Source of the DNA: Nannocystis bainbridge
GTDB lineage: Bacteria; Myxococcota_A; Polyangia; Nannocystales; Nannocystaceae
NCBI RefSeq assembly: GCF_028368995.1
Contig: NZ_JAQNDL010000002.1
Span: forward strand, 1,184,001 to 1,248,000
Direction: 5' to 3'
DNA length: 64,000 nucleotides
The notes beneath the pieces are model-generated. The model was not told the origin of the DNA and ran no database searches. It saw only the letters and a list, made by a program, of their open reading frames with translations. Numbering within the stretch: the stretch's first letter is position 1; the number at the start of each line of letters is the position of its first letter. The position numbers were made by a program, and so were the translations under genes. Of the stretch, positions 45,774 through 57,030 are shown piece after piece.

Positions 45774-47093
45774 ATGACATATCGCGGAACGTGGATCGCG
45801 GCGGCCGTCCTGGCCGTCGCGTGCGGTGGAGGCGGGGGTAGCACGTCGGAGGGCGAGGCGACCGCCGCCACGACGGATGGCACCGGGGCTGGCCCGACGA
45901 CCATGTCTTCCGAGACAGGTTCGACCGCCGGGCCGACCACCGACGGGCCGACCACCGCGGGGCCGACGACGGTCGGACCGACGACGAGCGGGCCGACGAC
46001 GACCGACCCGACGACGGACACCACGGCGGGGCCGACCACCGACCCGGGCACCGGCACCGACACGACCGGGCCCGACACGACCACCGGCGCGGGCGACGAC
46101 AGCACCCTGTGCGCGTCGCAGGCCGAGGGCCTGTTCTTCCCGGCCGACGCGATCTGGTACCACGACGCCTCGAACGATCCGGTCGCGTCCGACTCGAACG
46201 CGATCACGCAGTGGATGGTGCAGAACTCGCCGCCGAACGGGTGGGGCACCGGGACGATGCGGATCGACTTCAGCATCACCGCCATCGACGCCCCGGCCGG
46301 GACCGAGAAGCGCACCTACGAGCTCGACAACGACTTCTACTACTCGCCCGACTGCGACGTCGCCCCGATCCCGCTGCCACCCGGCGGCGTGGTCGAGGAC
46401 TACCCGCAGGACATCCCGCCGCCCGACAGCTTCGAGGGCTACGACTGCAGCGGCTACCAGGACGGCGCCGACTGCCACATGATCGTGGTGTCGCGCAGCG
46501 AGCAGCGGCTCTACGAGATTTACCACGCGACCGTCGACGCGCAGTCGGACCAGTTCACCGCCGGCTGCCTCGCGCTGTGGGACACCTCGAAGACCTACGA
46601 CCTCGACGGCCGCGGCCAGCAGTGCACCAGCGCCGACGCGGCCGGCTTCCCGATCGCGCCGCTGCTGTTCTCGGCCGAGGAGGTCGCCGCCGGCGAGATC
46701 AACCACGCGATCCGGTTCATCCTGCCCAACTCGATGATCCGGGCCAAGAAGTACGTCGCGCCCGCGACCCACGGCACCAACACCACCGGGCCGATGAATT
46801 CGATCCCGTACGGCGGCCACATGCGCCTGCGCGCCGACTACCCGCTCGACAACCTCAGCCCCGGCGCGCAGGTGGTCGCCAGGGCGATGCAGAAGTACGG
46901 CATGTACATGTCGGACGGCGGCAACATCGCCCTGACCGCGCAGAGCGACGTGTACGGCTGCGCGACCTGGGCCGACGTCGGCGTCGATCCGCAGTCGCTC
47001 GCCGACCTCAAGGCCACCGACTTCGAGATCATCGATCACGGGCCGACGATCGACGTGACCTACGAGTGCGAGCGGACGCCCATCATGGAATAG
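45774..47093 (+). CDS. Lipoprotein with GPTT-repeat linker and uncharacterised C-terminal domain
   Basis: AVAC lipobox, (GPTT)n tether, SADAAGFPI...INHAIRF...ARAMQKYGM domain. Confidence 0.82.
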   Translation: MTYRGTWIAAAVLAVACGGGGGSTSEGEATAATTDGTGAGPTTMSSETGSTAGPTTDGPTTAGPTTVGPTTSGPTTTDPTTDTTAGPTTDPGTGTDTTGPDTTTGAGDDSTLCASQAEGLFFPADAIWYHDASNDPVASDSNAITQWMVQNSPPNGWGTGTMRIDFSITAIDAPAGTEKRTYELDNDFYYSPDCDVAPIPLPPGGVVEDYPQDIPPPDSFEGYDCSGYQDGADCHMIVVSRSEQRLYEIYHATVDAQSDQFTAGCLALWDTSKTYDLDGRGQQCTSADAAGFPIAPLLFSAEEVAAGEINHAIRFILPNSMIRAKKYVAPATHGTNTTGPMNSIPYGGHMRLRADYPLDNLSPGAQVVARAMQKYGMYMSDGGNIALTAQSDVYGCATWADVGVDPQSLADLKATDFEIIDHGPTIDVTYECERTPIME

Positions 47094-47114
47094 GGCGCCC
47101 GCCGCGGCGCGGGT

Positions 47115-49112
47115 TCACGGCGCGCCGTGGACCCACTTCGACCACGCGAGCAGGACGTCCGCGGCGGCGTCGAGCTTGCTGAAGGTCTCGACGCCGATCG
47201 AGTTGGTCTCCTCGTAGTGGTCGCCCTCGGCCTCGCTGACCCACGGCGGATCGCCGAGCACGAAGTCGTACTCGGGCAAGATGTAGCCGAGCTCGTCGTT
47301 GCCCATGCCGACGATGAAGCGGTAGGTCCCGTGCATCTTGTCCTTGAGGTACGGCCCGTCGGGCGCCTCGAGCAGGTTGGGCGGGTTGGTGTTGTTGGGG
47401 TCGACGAGCGGCTTGGTCGGCGCGTGGATGTGGCTGCCGTCGTAGCCGCCGATCGCCAGCTCGGGGAACAGCTCGCCCGGCACGGTGAGGAACTGCGCCG
47501 GTCCGAGGTTGATGAGCGCCGCCTCGGTGCTGATGTAGAGGCCGTCCATCTCCATGAACGTCTCGCGGTCGAAGATGCCGAGCTGGAACATGGCCTGGAA
47601 GTTGAGGTTGTCGACCCTGAGCTTGAACAGGTGCGCCTGCAGATCGAGCTGCGGCGCGGCGATGGTGTCGCCGTTGGCGAGCGCGTCGAGGGCCATCTCG
47701 CCGAGCAGCTGACCGATCGCGTCGGCCTTCTCGAACGAGGCCGACTGGTAGGTCTCGCCGTCGGGCGTCTTCACGGCCATGCCGAGCGGCGTCATCAGGC
47801 CGCCGACGGCCGCGTTGAGGAACAGGCACGGGCCGCCGACGCCGGGCTTGCCGGGCGCCTGCAGCCACTGGCTGCCCTGCTCGAGCGTGCGCCGCAGGCC
47901 GTGGGCGAAGTCGCTGGTCATCAGCGTGTTCTCGTCGGACAGCGCCTCCGGGTGGTTGCCGAAGCTGACGAGGCTGGCGATCGTGTTGGCCTCGGCGTCG
48001 ACCAGCTGGACCGCGCCGATCATCTCGTCGACGACGAACGGATCGCGGCTGTCGTTGATGACGTTGCCGACGCCGTTGGCGTGGTACGTCGAGGTGTCGA
48101 CCTCGCCGACGACCATCTGCGTGACCTCGACCTTGGCCTCGTCGGCGGCGACGATGGCGTCGACGATCGCCTGGCGCACCTGCGTGCGGTAGGCCGGGTC
48201 GTAGCCGCTGACGAGCTGCTCCGGGCCCCACAGGCCCATGGTGTCGGGGCCCTCGTGGTTGTGCAGCGCGTGCAGCAGGACGTAGTCGACCTCGAGGCCC
48301 ATCTGCGCCAGCGTGTCGCGGATCGCCATGGTCTCGTTGTTGAAGAAGCCGACGAGGTCGAGGGTGACGATCGCCAGCTTGGTGTTGCCCTGCTCGAGCA
48401 CGAGCGCGCGGGCCCACAGGCCGTCGCCCTCGCCGACGAGGCCGAGGCCCTCGCCGCGCACGCCGGTCGCCGGGCGGCCGTTGTGGAAGCCGGCCAGCCA
48501 GCTGGCCTGGAACTCGCCGTCGTCCTCGCCGTCGTCGGCGGCGACGTAGCCGGGATCGCCGGGGCACAGGCGATCGCAGCCGCAGTCGCGGAACACCTCG
48601 CCCGGCGGCTCGTACTCGGCGTCGGCGTCGAGGTCGGTCCACGCCTCGAAGCAGCCCGGCACGATCGACAGCACCGACGCGCCCGCCAGCAGCACGGCGT
48701 CGGGCACCGGATCGCAGTGACCGTCGGGATCTCCGGGACACACGAGATCGGGCACCACGTCGGGCGGCGGCGGCCCGTCGGTGTCGGTGTCGCCGGTCGT
48801 CGTCGTCGTCGTGGATGTGGAGGTGGTGGTCGTCGTCGTCGACGGATCGACGGTCGTCGCCGTCGGGTCCGTGGTCGTCGTGGTGGTCGTCGTCGAAGTG
48901 ACGGCGTCGGTGGTGGTCGGCGTGCCGGTGGTGGTCGGACCGTCGGTGCTCCACGTCGCGCTCTCGGTGGTCGTGGAGGTCGGCGGCGGGTCGCTCGTCG
49001 TGGTCGAAGACGAGGAGCTCGAGGAGGTGTCGGTGTCGGTGGCCGCGGCGGTCGAGTCGCCGCAGGCCAGCGGGAATACGGCAAGCGTGAGGAGAAGCGG
49101 GCGAGATATCAT
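47115..49112 (-). CDS. Lipoprotein with Thr-rich linker and neutral ceramidase-like domain
   Basis: PLAC lipobox, LWARALVL, HNHEGPDT, NHPE, PGELFPE, NDELGYI, YEE. Confidence 0.75.
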   Translation of the reverse strand: MISRPLLLTLAVFPLACGDSTAAATDTDTSSSSSSSTTTSDPPPTSTTTESATWSTDGPTTTGTPTTTDAVTSTTTTTTTTDPTATTVDPSTTTTTTSTSTTTTTTGDTDTDGPPPPDVVPDLVCPGDPDGHCDPVPDAVLLAGASVLSIVPGCFEAWTDLDADAEYEPPGEVFRDCGCDRLCPGDPGYVAADDGEDDGEFQASWLAGFHNGRPATGVRGEGLGLVGEGDGLWARALVLEQGNTKLAIVTLDLVGFFNNETMAIRDTLAQMGLEVDYVLLHALHNHEGPDTMGLWGPEQLVSGYDPAYRTQVRQAIVDAIVAADEAKVEVTQMVVGEVDTSTYHANGVGNVINDSRDPFVVDEMIGAVQLVDAEANTIASLVSFGNHPEALSDENTLMTSDFAHGLRRTLEQGSQWLQAPGKPGVGGPCLFLNAAVGGLMTPLGMAVKTPDGETYQSASFEKADAIGQLLGEMALDALANGDTIAAPQLDLQAHLFKLRVDNLNFQAMFQLGIFDRETFMEMDGLYISTEAALINLGPAQFLTVPGELFPELAIGGYDGSHIHAPTKPLVDPNNTNPPNLLEAPDGPYLKDKMHGTYRFIVGMGNDELGYILPEYDFVLGDPPWVSEAEGDHYEETNSIGVETFSKLDAAADVLLAWSKWVHGAP

Positions 49113-49195
49113 CACGGCGCATCGTAGCCGAGCCCGCCCGCGCCCGGGCCGCGCGCGCGTGAGAACAGGCGAGGGCTCGGCGGGCGCGGGCGATT

Positions 49196-49231
49196 CGACA
49201 GGGCCGAACGGACATGTCCTTGGGGACATGT
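49196..49231. repeat. Short 14-bp-phased array
   Basis: Cores at 49199, 49213, 49227. Confidence 0.75.
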
Positions 49232-49280
49232 GATCGGCTGAGCTTGCGCACGGGCGCGGCTCCGCTACGTTGACGCCGTC

Positions 49281-49850
49281 ATGGCCCGACGCGCGCTCGT
49301 CCTCTCCTGCGGCCTGCTGGCCTGCCAGCCCAAACCCGAGCCCGGCGGCGGCGATCCGACGCCGGCCAACGGGATGACCCTCGAGTCGGAGGCGTTCGCC
49401 GCGGGCGCGTCGATCCCGAGCGAGTACACCTGCGAGGGCCGCGACATCTCGCCACCGCTGCGCTGGTCGGGCGTGCCGGCGGCGGCCCGGAGCCTGGCGC
49501 TGATCGTGACCGACCCCGACGCGCCCGACCCGGCCGCGCCGCAGACGACCTTCACCCACTGGATCCTCGTCGACCTGCCGCCGACCGACGGCGCGCTGCC
49601 GGCAGGCGTGACGGCCGATCGGCTGCCCGCGGGGGCGCGCGAGGGCACCAACGATTTTGGGCGCGTCGGCTACGGCGGGCCGTGTCCGCCGGTCGGTCGC
49701 CATCGCTACTTCCACACGCTCTACGCGCTCGACACGACGCTGCCGTCGCTGCGAGCACCCACCCGCGGGGCGCTCGAGCAGGCGATGGCCGGGCACGTGC
49801 TGGCCAGGGCCGAGCGAATGGGCACGTACCAAAAGCGCGAGGCCGAGTGA
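49281..49850 (+). CDS. YbhB/YbcL (PEBP-like) lipoprotein
   Basis: DISPPLRW, DPDAP, FTHW, GYGGPCPP, HRYF...YALD. Confidence 0.93.
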   Translation: MARRALVLSCGLLACQPKPEPGGGDPTPANGMTLESEAFAAGASIPSEYTCEGRDISPPLRWSGVPAAARSLALIVTDPDAPDPAAPQTTFTHWILVDLPPTDGALPAGVTADRLPAGAREGTNDFGRVGYGGPCPPVGRHRYFHTLYALDTTLPSLRAPTRGALEQAMAGHVLARAERMGTYQKREAE

Positions 49851-49989
49851 GCGGGTCTGCGCGCGTGTCGGGCTGTCGCGGCGGGCGGCGGGCCGCTGAC
49901 AAACTGTCACGCGCACCGGTGGGGCGAGGCGAGGGGAGACGCGGAGATCGGCGAATCGCGGCTGGTGCGGATCTTGCCTCGAGGTCGGT

Positions 49990-50988
49990 GTGACGCCTCG
50001 CCTCGCGCTGCTGCCCGTCTGCCTCGGCCTGCTACTGGGCTGCGGCGACGCGACGGCCGAGCCGGAGGTCGCGCTCGAGGCGGCGCCGACGAACCTCGAG
50101 GCGGCGGTGGAGCCGGGCCCGGCCCCGGTCGCCTGCGAGGGCTGTGCGAACGGACATGTCCCCGAGGACAGCATCGAGGAGACCGAGCTGCCGCTGACGC
50201 TGCTCGCCACCACCGCGGCGGCCGACCCCGCGAGCAGCCAGGCGACCATCCGCGACGATCCGAGCGGCGTGATCCGGGTGTTCCGCGTCGGCGACCTGGT
50301 GTGGGACGGCACCACGATCGCGGCGGTCGAGCGCGGCGCGGTGATCCTGGCCCGCGCCGGCCAGCGAGAGCGCCTGGCCATGGGGACAGGTACGGTCGAG
50401 CTGCGAGCGACCGACGTCTACTACCCCGATCTGTTCGCCGACGAGGACTTCGCCGGCGTGCTGGCGCAGGGCGTCAAGCTGCCCCCGGGGCCAGGTTACG
50501 TGGTCAAGAACGAGGACCATGCGTGGGGCACGCCGCGGACGGTGCGGCTGCTGCAGGAGACGATCCGCGCTTACACGCGCGGCGGTCGCGGCGGGCCGAA
50601 GGTCCACGTCGGTGACATCAGCCTGCACGGCGGCGGCGTGTTCCCCCCGCACCTCTCGCACCGTCACGGGCGCGACGTCGACGTCGGCTACGTGCTCAAG
50701 GGCGGCGACGCCGACGTGACGCGGTTCGTGGTGGCGAACCGCGACAACCTCGACGTCGCGCGCTCCTGGGCGCTGATCGAGGCGGTGCTGGCCACCGATC
50801 AGGTCCACTACGTGTTCATGGACTACGGCCTGCAGAAGCTGTTCTACGAGCACGCCGTGACCGCGGGGATCAGCGCGCGCCGCCTCAACGAGGTGTTCCA
50901 GTACCCGCGCGGCGAGGGTGCTTCGGCCGGCGTCATCCGTCACTGGCGCGGGCACCGGAATCACTTCCACGTCCGCTTCCGCGAGTGA
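49990..50988 (+). CDS. Penicillin-insensitive murein endopeptidase (MepA-like) lipoprotein with an extra N-terminal domain
   Basis: LLGC lipobox, WGT, VGDISL.GGG, HLSHRHGRDVD, HRNHFHVRF. Confidence 0.85.
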   Translation: MTPRLALLPVCLGLLLGCGDATAEPEVALEAAPTNLEAAVEPGPAPVACEGCANGHVPEDSIEETELPLTLLATTAAADPASSQATIRDDPSGVIRVFRVGDLVWDGTTIAAVERGAVILARAGQRERLAMGTGTVELRATDVYYPDLFADEDFAGVLAQGVKLPPGPGYVVKNEDHAWGTPRTVRLLQETIRAYTRGGRGGPKVHVGDISLHGGGVFPPHLSHRHGRDVDVGYVLKGGDADVTRFVVANRDNLDVARSWALIEAVLATDQVHYVFMDYGLQKLFYEHAVTAGISARRLNEVFQYPRGEGASAGVIRHWRGHRNHFHVRFRE

Positions 50989-51219
50989 GCGAGTGCGACC
51001 GCGAACAGAGGAGTGACGCGCCACGCGTGTCGCTCCGGTGAAGCGGTGATGCGGAAGGCGAGCGCGGCTCGCCGCGGGGGGCGACAGCGGCGGCTTCTGT
51101 CGTGCGTCTCCGGCTCGGCAGCTCCCGATCGCGGCCCGACGAAGCGGTGAGACGGAGCGCACGCGGGTCGCGTCGCGCCGGTCGCGCGAGCCGTGCACCG
51201 CGGTCATCTTGAGGTCTGG

Positions 51220-51474
51220 ATGACTGGCGTCGACGTGCACGCGCTCGCGCTCGAGAAGGTCGGGCGGGTCCTGGGACCCGGCCGCGCGCGGACGCTGCTG
51301 CAGGCGTTCCTCGCCCGCGCGGACAAGCTCGCGCTGGTGACCACGGACGATCTGCAGGCGTTCGGCGAGGCCCTCGGCGCTCACGGGGGCATCGAGCAGG
51401 CGGTCGGCGCGCTGTTGATGGTCCAGGCCGTGCTCATCGAGACCGCCGAGCCGCCGCCCGGTCCGCCGCGCTGA
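51220..51474 (+). CDS. Small hypothetical protein
   Basis: GAGG upstream of ATG 51220, GC3-rich 84-aa ORF directly upstream of hflX. Confidence 0.6.
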   Translation: MTGVDVHALALEKVGRVLGPGRARTLLQAFLARADKLALVTTDDLQAFGEALGAHGGIEQAVGALLMVQAVLIETAEPPPGPPR

Positions 51475-51537
51475 CGACCGACCCGCGTCGGGCCGGGCTT
51501 GCCGCCGGCGGTCCTCGGCCTCAGTCTGTCGCCCCCG

Positions 51538-52950
51538 ATGTCCGAACGACCCGCAAACCGGCCCACCGCGATCCTCGTCGGCGTTCAGCTGCCCGGCGTC
51601 GGCGACACGGAGTACGCCGCCGACCTCGCCGAGCTGGCCCGCCTCGTCGACACTCTCGGCTACGACGTCACCGCGACGCTGTCCCAGCGACGCGAGGCGC
51701 TCAGCAAGTCGGTGGTGCTCGGCGAGGGCAAGCTGCGCGAGCTGGCCGAGCTCACCGGCGGCCGCGGCTACGTGCCCTCGGCCGTGCCCCTGCGCAAGGA
51801 CAAGGCCCGCCAGCGCCGCGAGGACGGCAGCAGCGAGGGGGACGACGAGGTCGAGTTCGACGACTTCGAGGAGGACGACGGCCAGGTGCCGATCGTCGGC
51901 AAAGATGTCCCCGAGGACAGCAAGAAGCGACCGGGCCTGGTCGCGGTCGACCACGAGCTCGGACCCAGCCAGGCGCGCAACCTCGAGAAGGCGACAGGGG
52001 TGCAGGTGCTCGACCGCACCGGCGTGATCGTCGAGATCTTCCACCGCCACGCACGCAGCCGCGAGGCCAAGCTGCAGGTCGAGCTGGCCCGCCTGGCCTA
52101 TGTCGCGCCGCGCCTGCGCGAGACCGGTAACCGCAGCGAACGCCAGGCCGGCCGCGGCGCGGGTGAGACCGAGCTCGAGTTCGATCGCCGGCGGATCCGC
52201 GATCGCATGGCCGAGATCCGGCGCGAGCTCGAGGCGGTCCACCGCGAGCAGGACCACCGCCGCGAGCACCGCGCGGGCCAGCCGACGGTCGCCCTGGTCG
52301 GCTACACCAACGCCGGCAAGAGCTCGCTGATGCGCGCGCTGACGGGCAGCGAGGTGCTGGTCGCCGATCAGCTGTTCGCCACCCTCGACACCACCGTGCG
52401 CGCGCTCCACCCCGAGGCGCACCCGCGGATCCTGGTCTCCGACACCGTCGGCTTCATCAAGAAGCTGCCGCACGACCTGGTCGCCTCGTTCCGCTCGACC
52501 CTCGACGAGGCTCGCCACGCCGGCCTGCTGCTGTTCCTGGTCGACGCGTCCGATCCGACCTTCCGCGACCAGTACGCGGTCACCCGCGAGGTCATCGGCG
52601 AGATCGGGGCCAACCACGCCGCTTCGCGCCTGATCCTCAACAAGGTCGATCGCCTCGACGAAGCCCAGCGCGAGGAGCTGCGGATCGAGTTCCCCGACGC
52701 GATCCAGATGTCGGCCATCGACAAGGGCGACGTGGCCCGCCTGCACGCGACGATCGTGGCGTTCTTCGGGCAGTCGCTGATCGAGGCCGAACTGCTGATC
52801 CCGTGGCCGCAGCACGCCCTGGTCGGCCAGCTCCACGGCGAGGCGCAGGTGCTGTCCGAGGTCCACGAGGAGGACGGCACGCGCGTGCGCGTGCGCATCG
52901 AGCCCGAGACGCTCAAGCGCGTGCGCGCGGCGCTGGGCGAGGAGACGTAG
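51538..52950 (+). CDS. hflX: GTPase HflX
   Basis: QARNLEK, EAKLQVELA, GYTNAGKSS, LFATLD, DTVGFI, NKVD. Confidence 0.95.
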   Translation: MSERPANRPTAILVGVQLPGVGDTEYAADLAELARLVDTLGYDVTATLSQRREALSKSVVLGEGKLRELAELTGGRGYVPSAVPLRKDKARQRREDGSSEGDDEVEFDDFEEDDGQVPIVGKDVPEDSKKRPGLVAVDHELGPSQARNLEKATGVQVLDRTGVIVEIFHRHARSREAKLQVELARLAYVAPRLRETGNRSERQAGRGAGETELEFDRRRIRDRMAEIRRELEAVHREQDHRREHRAGQPTVALVGYTNAGKSSLMRALTGSEVLVADQLFATLDTTVRALHPEAHPRILVSDTVGFIKKLPHDLVASFRSTLDEARHAGLLLFLVDASDPTFRDQYAVTREVIGEIGANHAASRLILNKVDRLDEAQREELRIEFPDAIQMSAIDKGDVARLHATIVAFFGQSLIEAELLIPWPQHALVGQLHGEAQVLSEVHEEDGTRVRVRIEPETLKRVRAALGEET

Positions 52951-53111
52951 CCCGGGGCGAGGCGGCCGATCGCCGCCCCGGGGACGCCGGAGCGGCGCCA
53001 CCGCGTCGAGGTGCGCCCGATCGCCGGGCGAGTGTTGCGCTGTAGCGATCCGGCGAGCGGCCGCTCGCGTGCTCGGCCCGGTGGTCCTGGCCTGATATCA
53101 TCGCGCTCGCC

Positions 53112-53507
53112 ATGGCCGACGATCCCGAGGCGCGACGGGTGACCGAGCTGCTCGACCGGCTCACGCGCGGCGAGCTCGGCGAGGCCGAGGCCGAGGAGCT
53201 CGAGCTGTACGCCCAGAGCGATCCGGAGCTGCGGGCTGTCATCGCGGCGCGGACCAGCCAGGCGGCGCTCGGCGGCGGATGGCTGGCGCGGGTCGAGGCC
53301 GACCACCGGATCGCGCGCGCCGAGCGGTCGCCGCGGGTGATGTTCGAGCGCGGGCTCGGCGGCGTCCTGGTCGCGCTCGGCCTCGTCGCCTCGGTCGTCG
53401 CGCCGGTGCTCGGGCCGGGGCTGGCGGCCTTCGGCCTGGCCGTGCTCGCGTACTCGTGGATCCGCGTGAATCACCGTCAGGACCCCTACAAGGACATTCA
53501 GCGATGA
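53112..53507 (+). CDS. Small membrane protein (possible anti-sigma-like N-terminus)
   Basis: Two TM helices, ends DPYKDIQR, overlaps the next gene (ATGA). Confidence 0.7.
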   Translation: MADDPEARRVTELLDRLTRGELGEAEAEELELYAQSDPELRAVIAARTSQAALGGGWLARVEADHRIARAERSPRVMFERGLGGVLVALGLVASVVAPVLGPGLAAFGLAVLAYSWIRVNHRQDPYKDIQR

Positions 53508-53887
53508 CCAGCACCCCCGCCGTCCTCCACGCCGCCGACCTCGCGCACCGCAAGGCGGGCGAGATGCTCGTGACCACCACCGAGTCGGTGCCGGGGTTCC
53601 GCGTGGTGCGGGTGCTCGGGCTGGTCCGCGGCAACACGGTCCGCACCCGCAACGTCGGCCAGGACTTCCTCGCCGGTCTGCGCAACCTGGTCGGCGGCGA
53701 GGTGACGCAGTACACCGCGATGCTGTCGCAGAGCCGCGAACAGGCGCTCGACCGCATGCGCGCGGAGGCGCTGGCCCTCGGGGCCAACGCGATCATCGCC
53801 ATGCGCCTGACGACCTCGACGGTGATGGCCGGGGCGGCCGAGATCCTGGCGTACGGGACCGGGGTGATCCTGGCGCCGGTGGAGTGA
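53504..53887 (+). CDS. YbjQ/UPF0145 family protein
   Basis: TTTESVPG, LGLVRG, LVGGE, ALGANAII, AYGTGV. Confidence 0.92.
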   Translation: MTSTPAVLHAADLAHRKAGEMLVTTTESVPGFRVVRVLGLVRGNTVRTRNVGQDFLAGLRNLVGGEVTQYTAMLSQSREQALDRMRAEALALGANAIIAMRLTTSTVMAGAAEILAYGTGVILAPVE

Positions 53888-53898
53888 GCTGGCCTTGT

Positions 53899-55788
<1,890 letters not shown>

Positions 55789-56000
55789 CACAGTCGCCTG
55801 GAAGTTCTCCGAGGGTTGGCGGGGGTGACCGCTGGTGCTCCGAGCCATACGGCGCCGGAGGCGACCCCTGGAGAACGTCGGGTTCGCTGTATCAGGCGGT
55901 CGGGTGACCCGCGAAATTCACGGCCGGCCCGGCGCGGGCAATGGTCGGGCAGCCCGGGGGTGCACGTCAACCCGGGCAGCGTCGACGGAAAGCGTCCTGG

Positions 56001-56130
56001 GGGACATCTGATTTCGAATCACGCGCGACGCTGTGCTGGAGGCATGTCGCGAAGACTCATGATGTCCTTCGGGACATGTCGTTAAAAAGTTTCTTCGGAC
56101 ATGTCCTCAAGGACATTTATGTTCATGTCG
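56001..56130. repeat. Degenerate 14-bp array cluster
   Basis: TGTCCTTCGGGACA (cores 56061/56075), TGTCCTCAAGGACA (56100/56114) and scattered CATG cores. Confidence 0.75.
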
Positions 56131-57004
56131 CGCGGGGCGGGCGAGTGATGACGAAGCGCGGGCAGGTGTCGGCGTCGTCCCTCAGCCAGCGCTGCGGGCC
56201 AGCGGCGGACTCGCGCAGGCGGTCGTCGGCGGCGCGCCACAGCTGATCGAGGTTGGCGGGCAACTGGCACGTCGCGGCGAACTGCGCCGGATCGGCGAGG
56301 TCGCGCCAGATCTGCTGGCAGTAGGCCAGCAGGTCGTTCTCGTAGAAGCGGAGCAGCGGGGCCGAGACGAGCGGCCCGCGGTGCCAGCGACGCAGGCCGT
56401 CGCCGAGGGCGCGGCCAAGCTCGAGCAGGAGCGGGCGCGGGACCCGGTGCGTGAGCAGCAGGTGCTTGCTCAGGTCGTGCTGGACGCCGAAGAAGTGGTA
56501 GTCGCGGCCGGCCCGCACGCGCCGCGGCTCGGGCAGGCGCAGGCGAGCGGCCGCGGCCAGGGCGGTGTAGTAGGTGCCGGCGCCGAGAGCGATCGGGACC
56601 TCGCCCCGCAGGTTGCCTTCGAGCCATGTCCGTTTGTTCATGGCCGAAGAGACAGCCTGATAGTAGCGCGGGCGCGGGCCGAGGTCGGGCACCCGCGCGA
56701 TCAGGCTGGCCGGGGCCGGGGCGCCGTCGACGAAGCCGCGCGCGTCCCAGGTGAAGCCGAGCCGCTGCAGCCAGGCGCGCACGGCCGGGTGACCGCCGAG
56801 GACGTCGACGCGCCCGACCACGGCGGCGTGGGCCCGGGTGTCGTGGGCGGGGAAGCGGAGCAGCAGGCCGTGGTCGTCACGCGCGAGCGCGGGCGCGACG
56901 CCGAAGCGGCGGCGGTAGGCGGCGATGAACGGGCGCAGCAAAGCGGCCTCGGCGTCGGGACCGGCCGGCTGGGGCAGCGGCGCGGTGGCGGCGTCGAGGA
57001 GCAT
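56123..57004 (-). CDS. Hypothetical protein downstream of the HxS-linked radical SAM gene
   Basis: ATG 57004 is 26 nt after the radical SAM stop; GC3-rich; contains DYHFFGVQHDLSKH and FYENDL. Confidence 0.7.
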   Translation of the reverse strand: MLLDAATAPLPQPAGPDAEAALLRPFIAAYRRRFGVAPALARDDHGLLLRFPAHDTRAHAAVVGRVDVLGGHPAVRAWLQRLGFTWDARGFVDGAPAPASLIARVPDLGPRPRYYQAVSSAMNKRTWLEGNLRGEVPIALGAGTYYTALAAAARLRLPEPRRVRAGRDYHFFGVQHDLSKHLLLTHRVPRPLLLELGRALGDGLRRWHRGPLVSAPLLRFYENDLLAYCQQIWRDLADPAQFAATCQLPANLDQLWRAADDRLRESAAGPQRWLRDDADTCPRFVITRPPRAT

Positions 57005-57030
57005 GCGCGGCGCTGGGCGGCGGGCGAGCG

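Noticed and set aside
39389-46315. N-terminal ~2300 aa of the 2923-aa minus-strand ORF
   Set aside because: Antisense shadow of the TPR and lipoprotein genes in high-GC DNA; only the kinase-like part from ATG 39388 is credible.
51820-51920. Acidic insertion in HflX
   Set aside because: Probably a lineage-specific disordered loop; nothing further can be supported from sequence alone.
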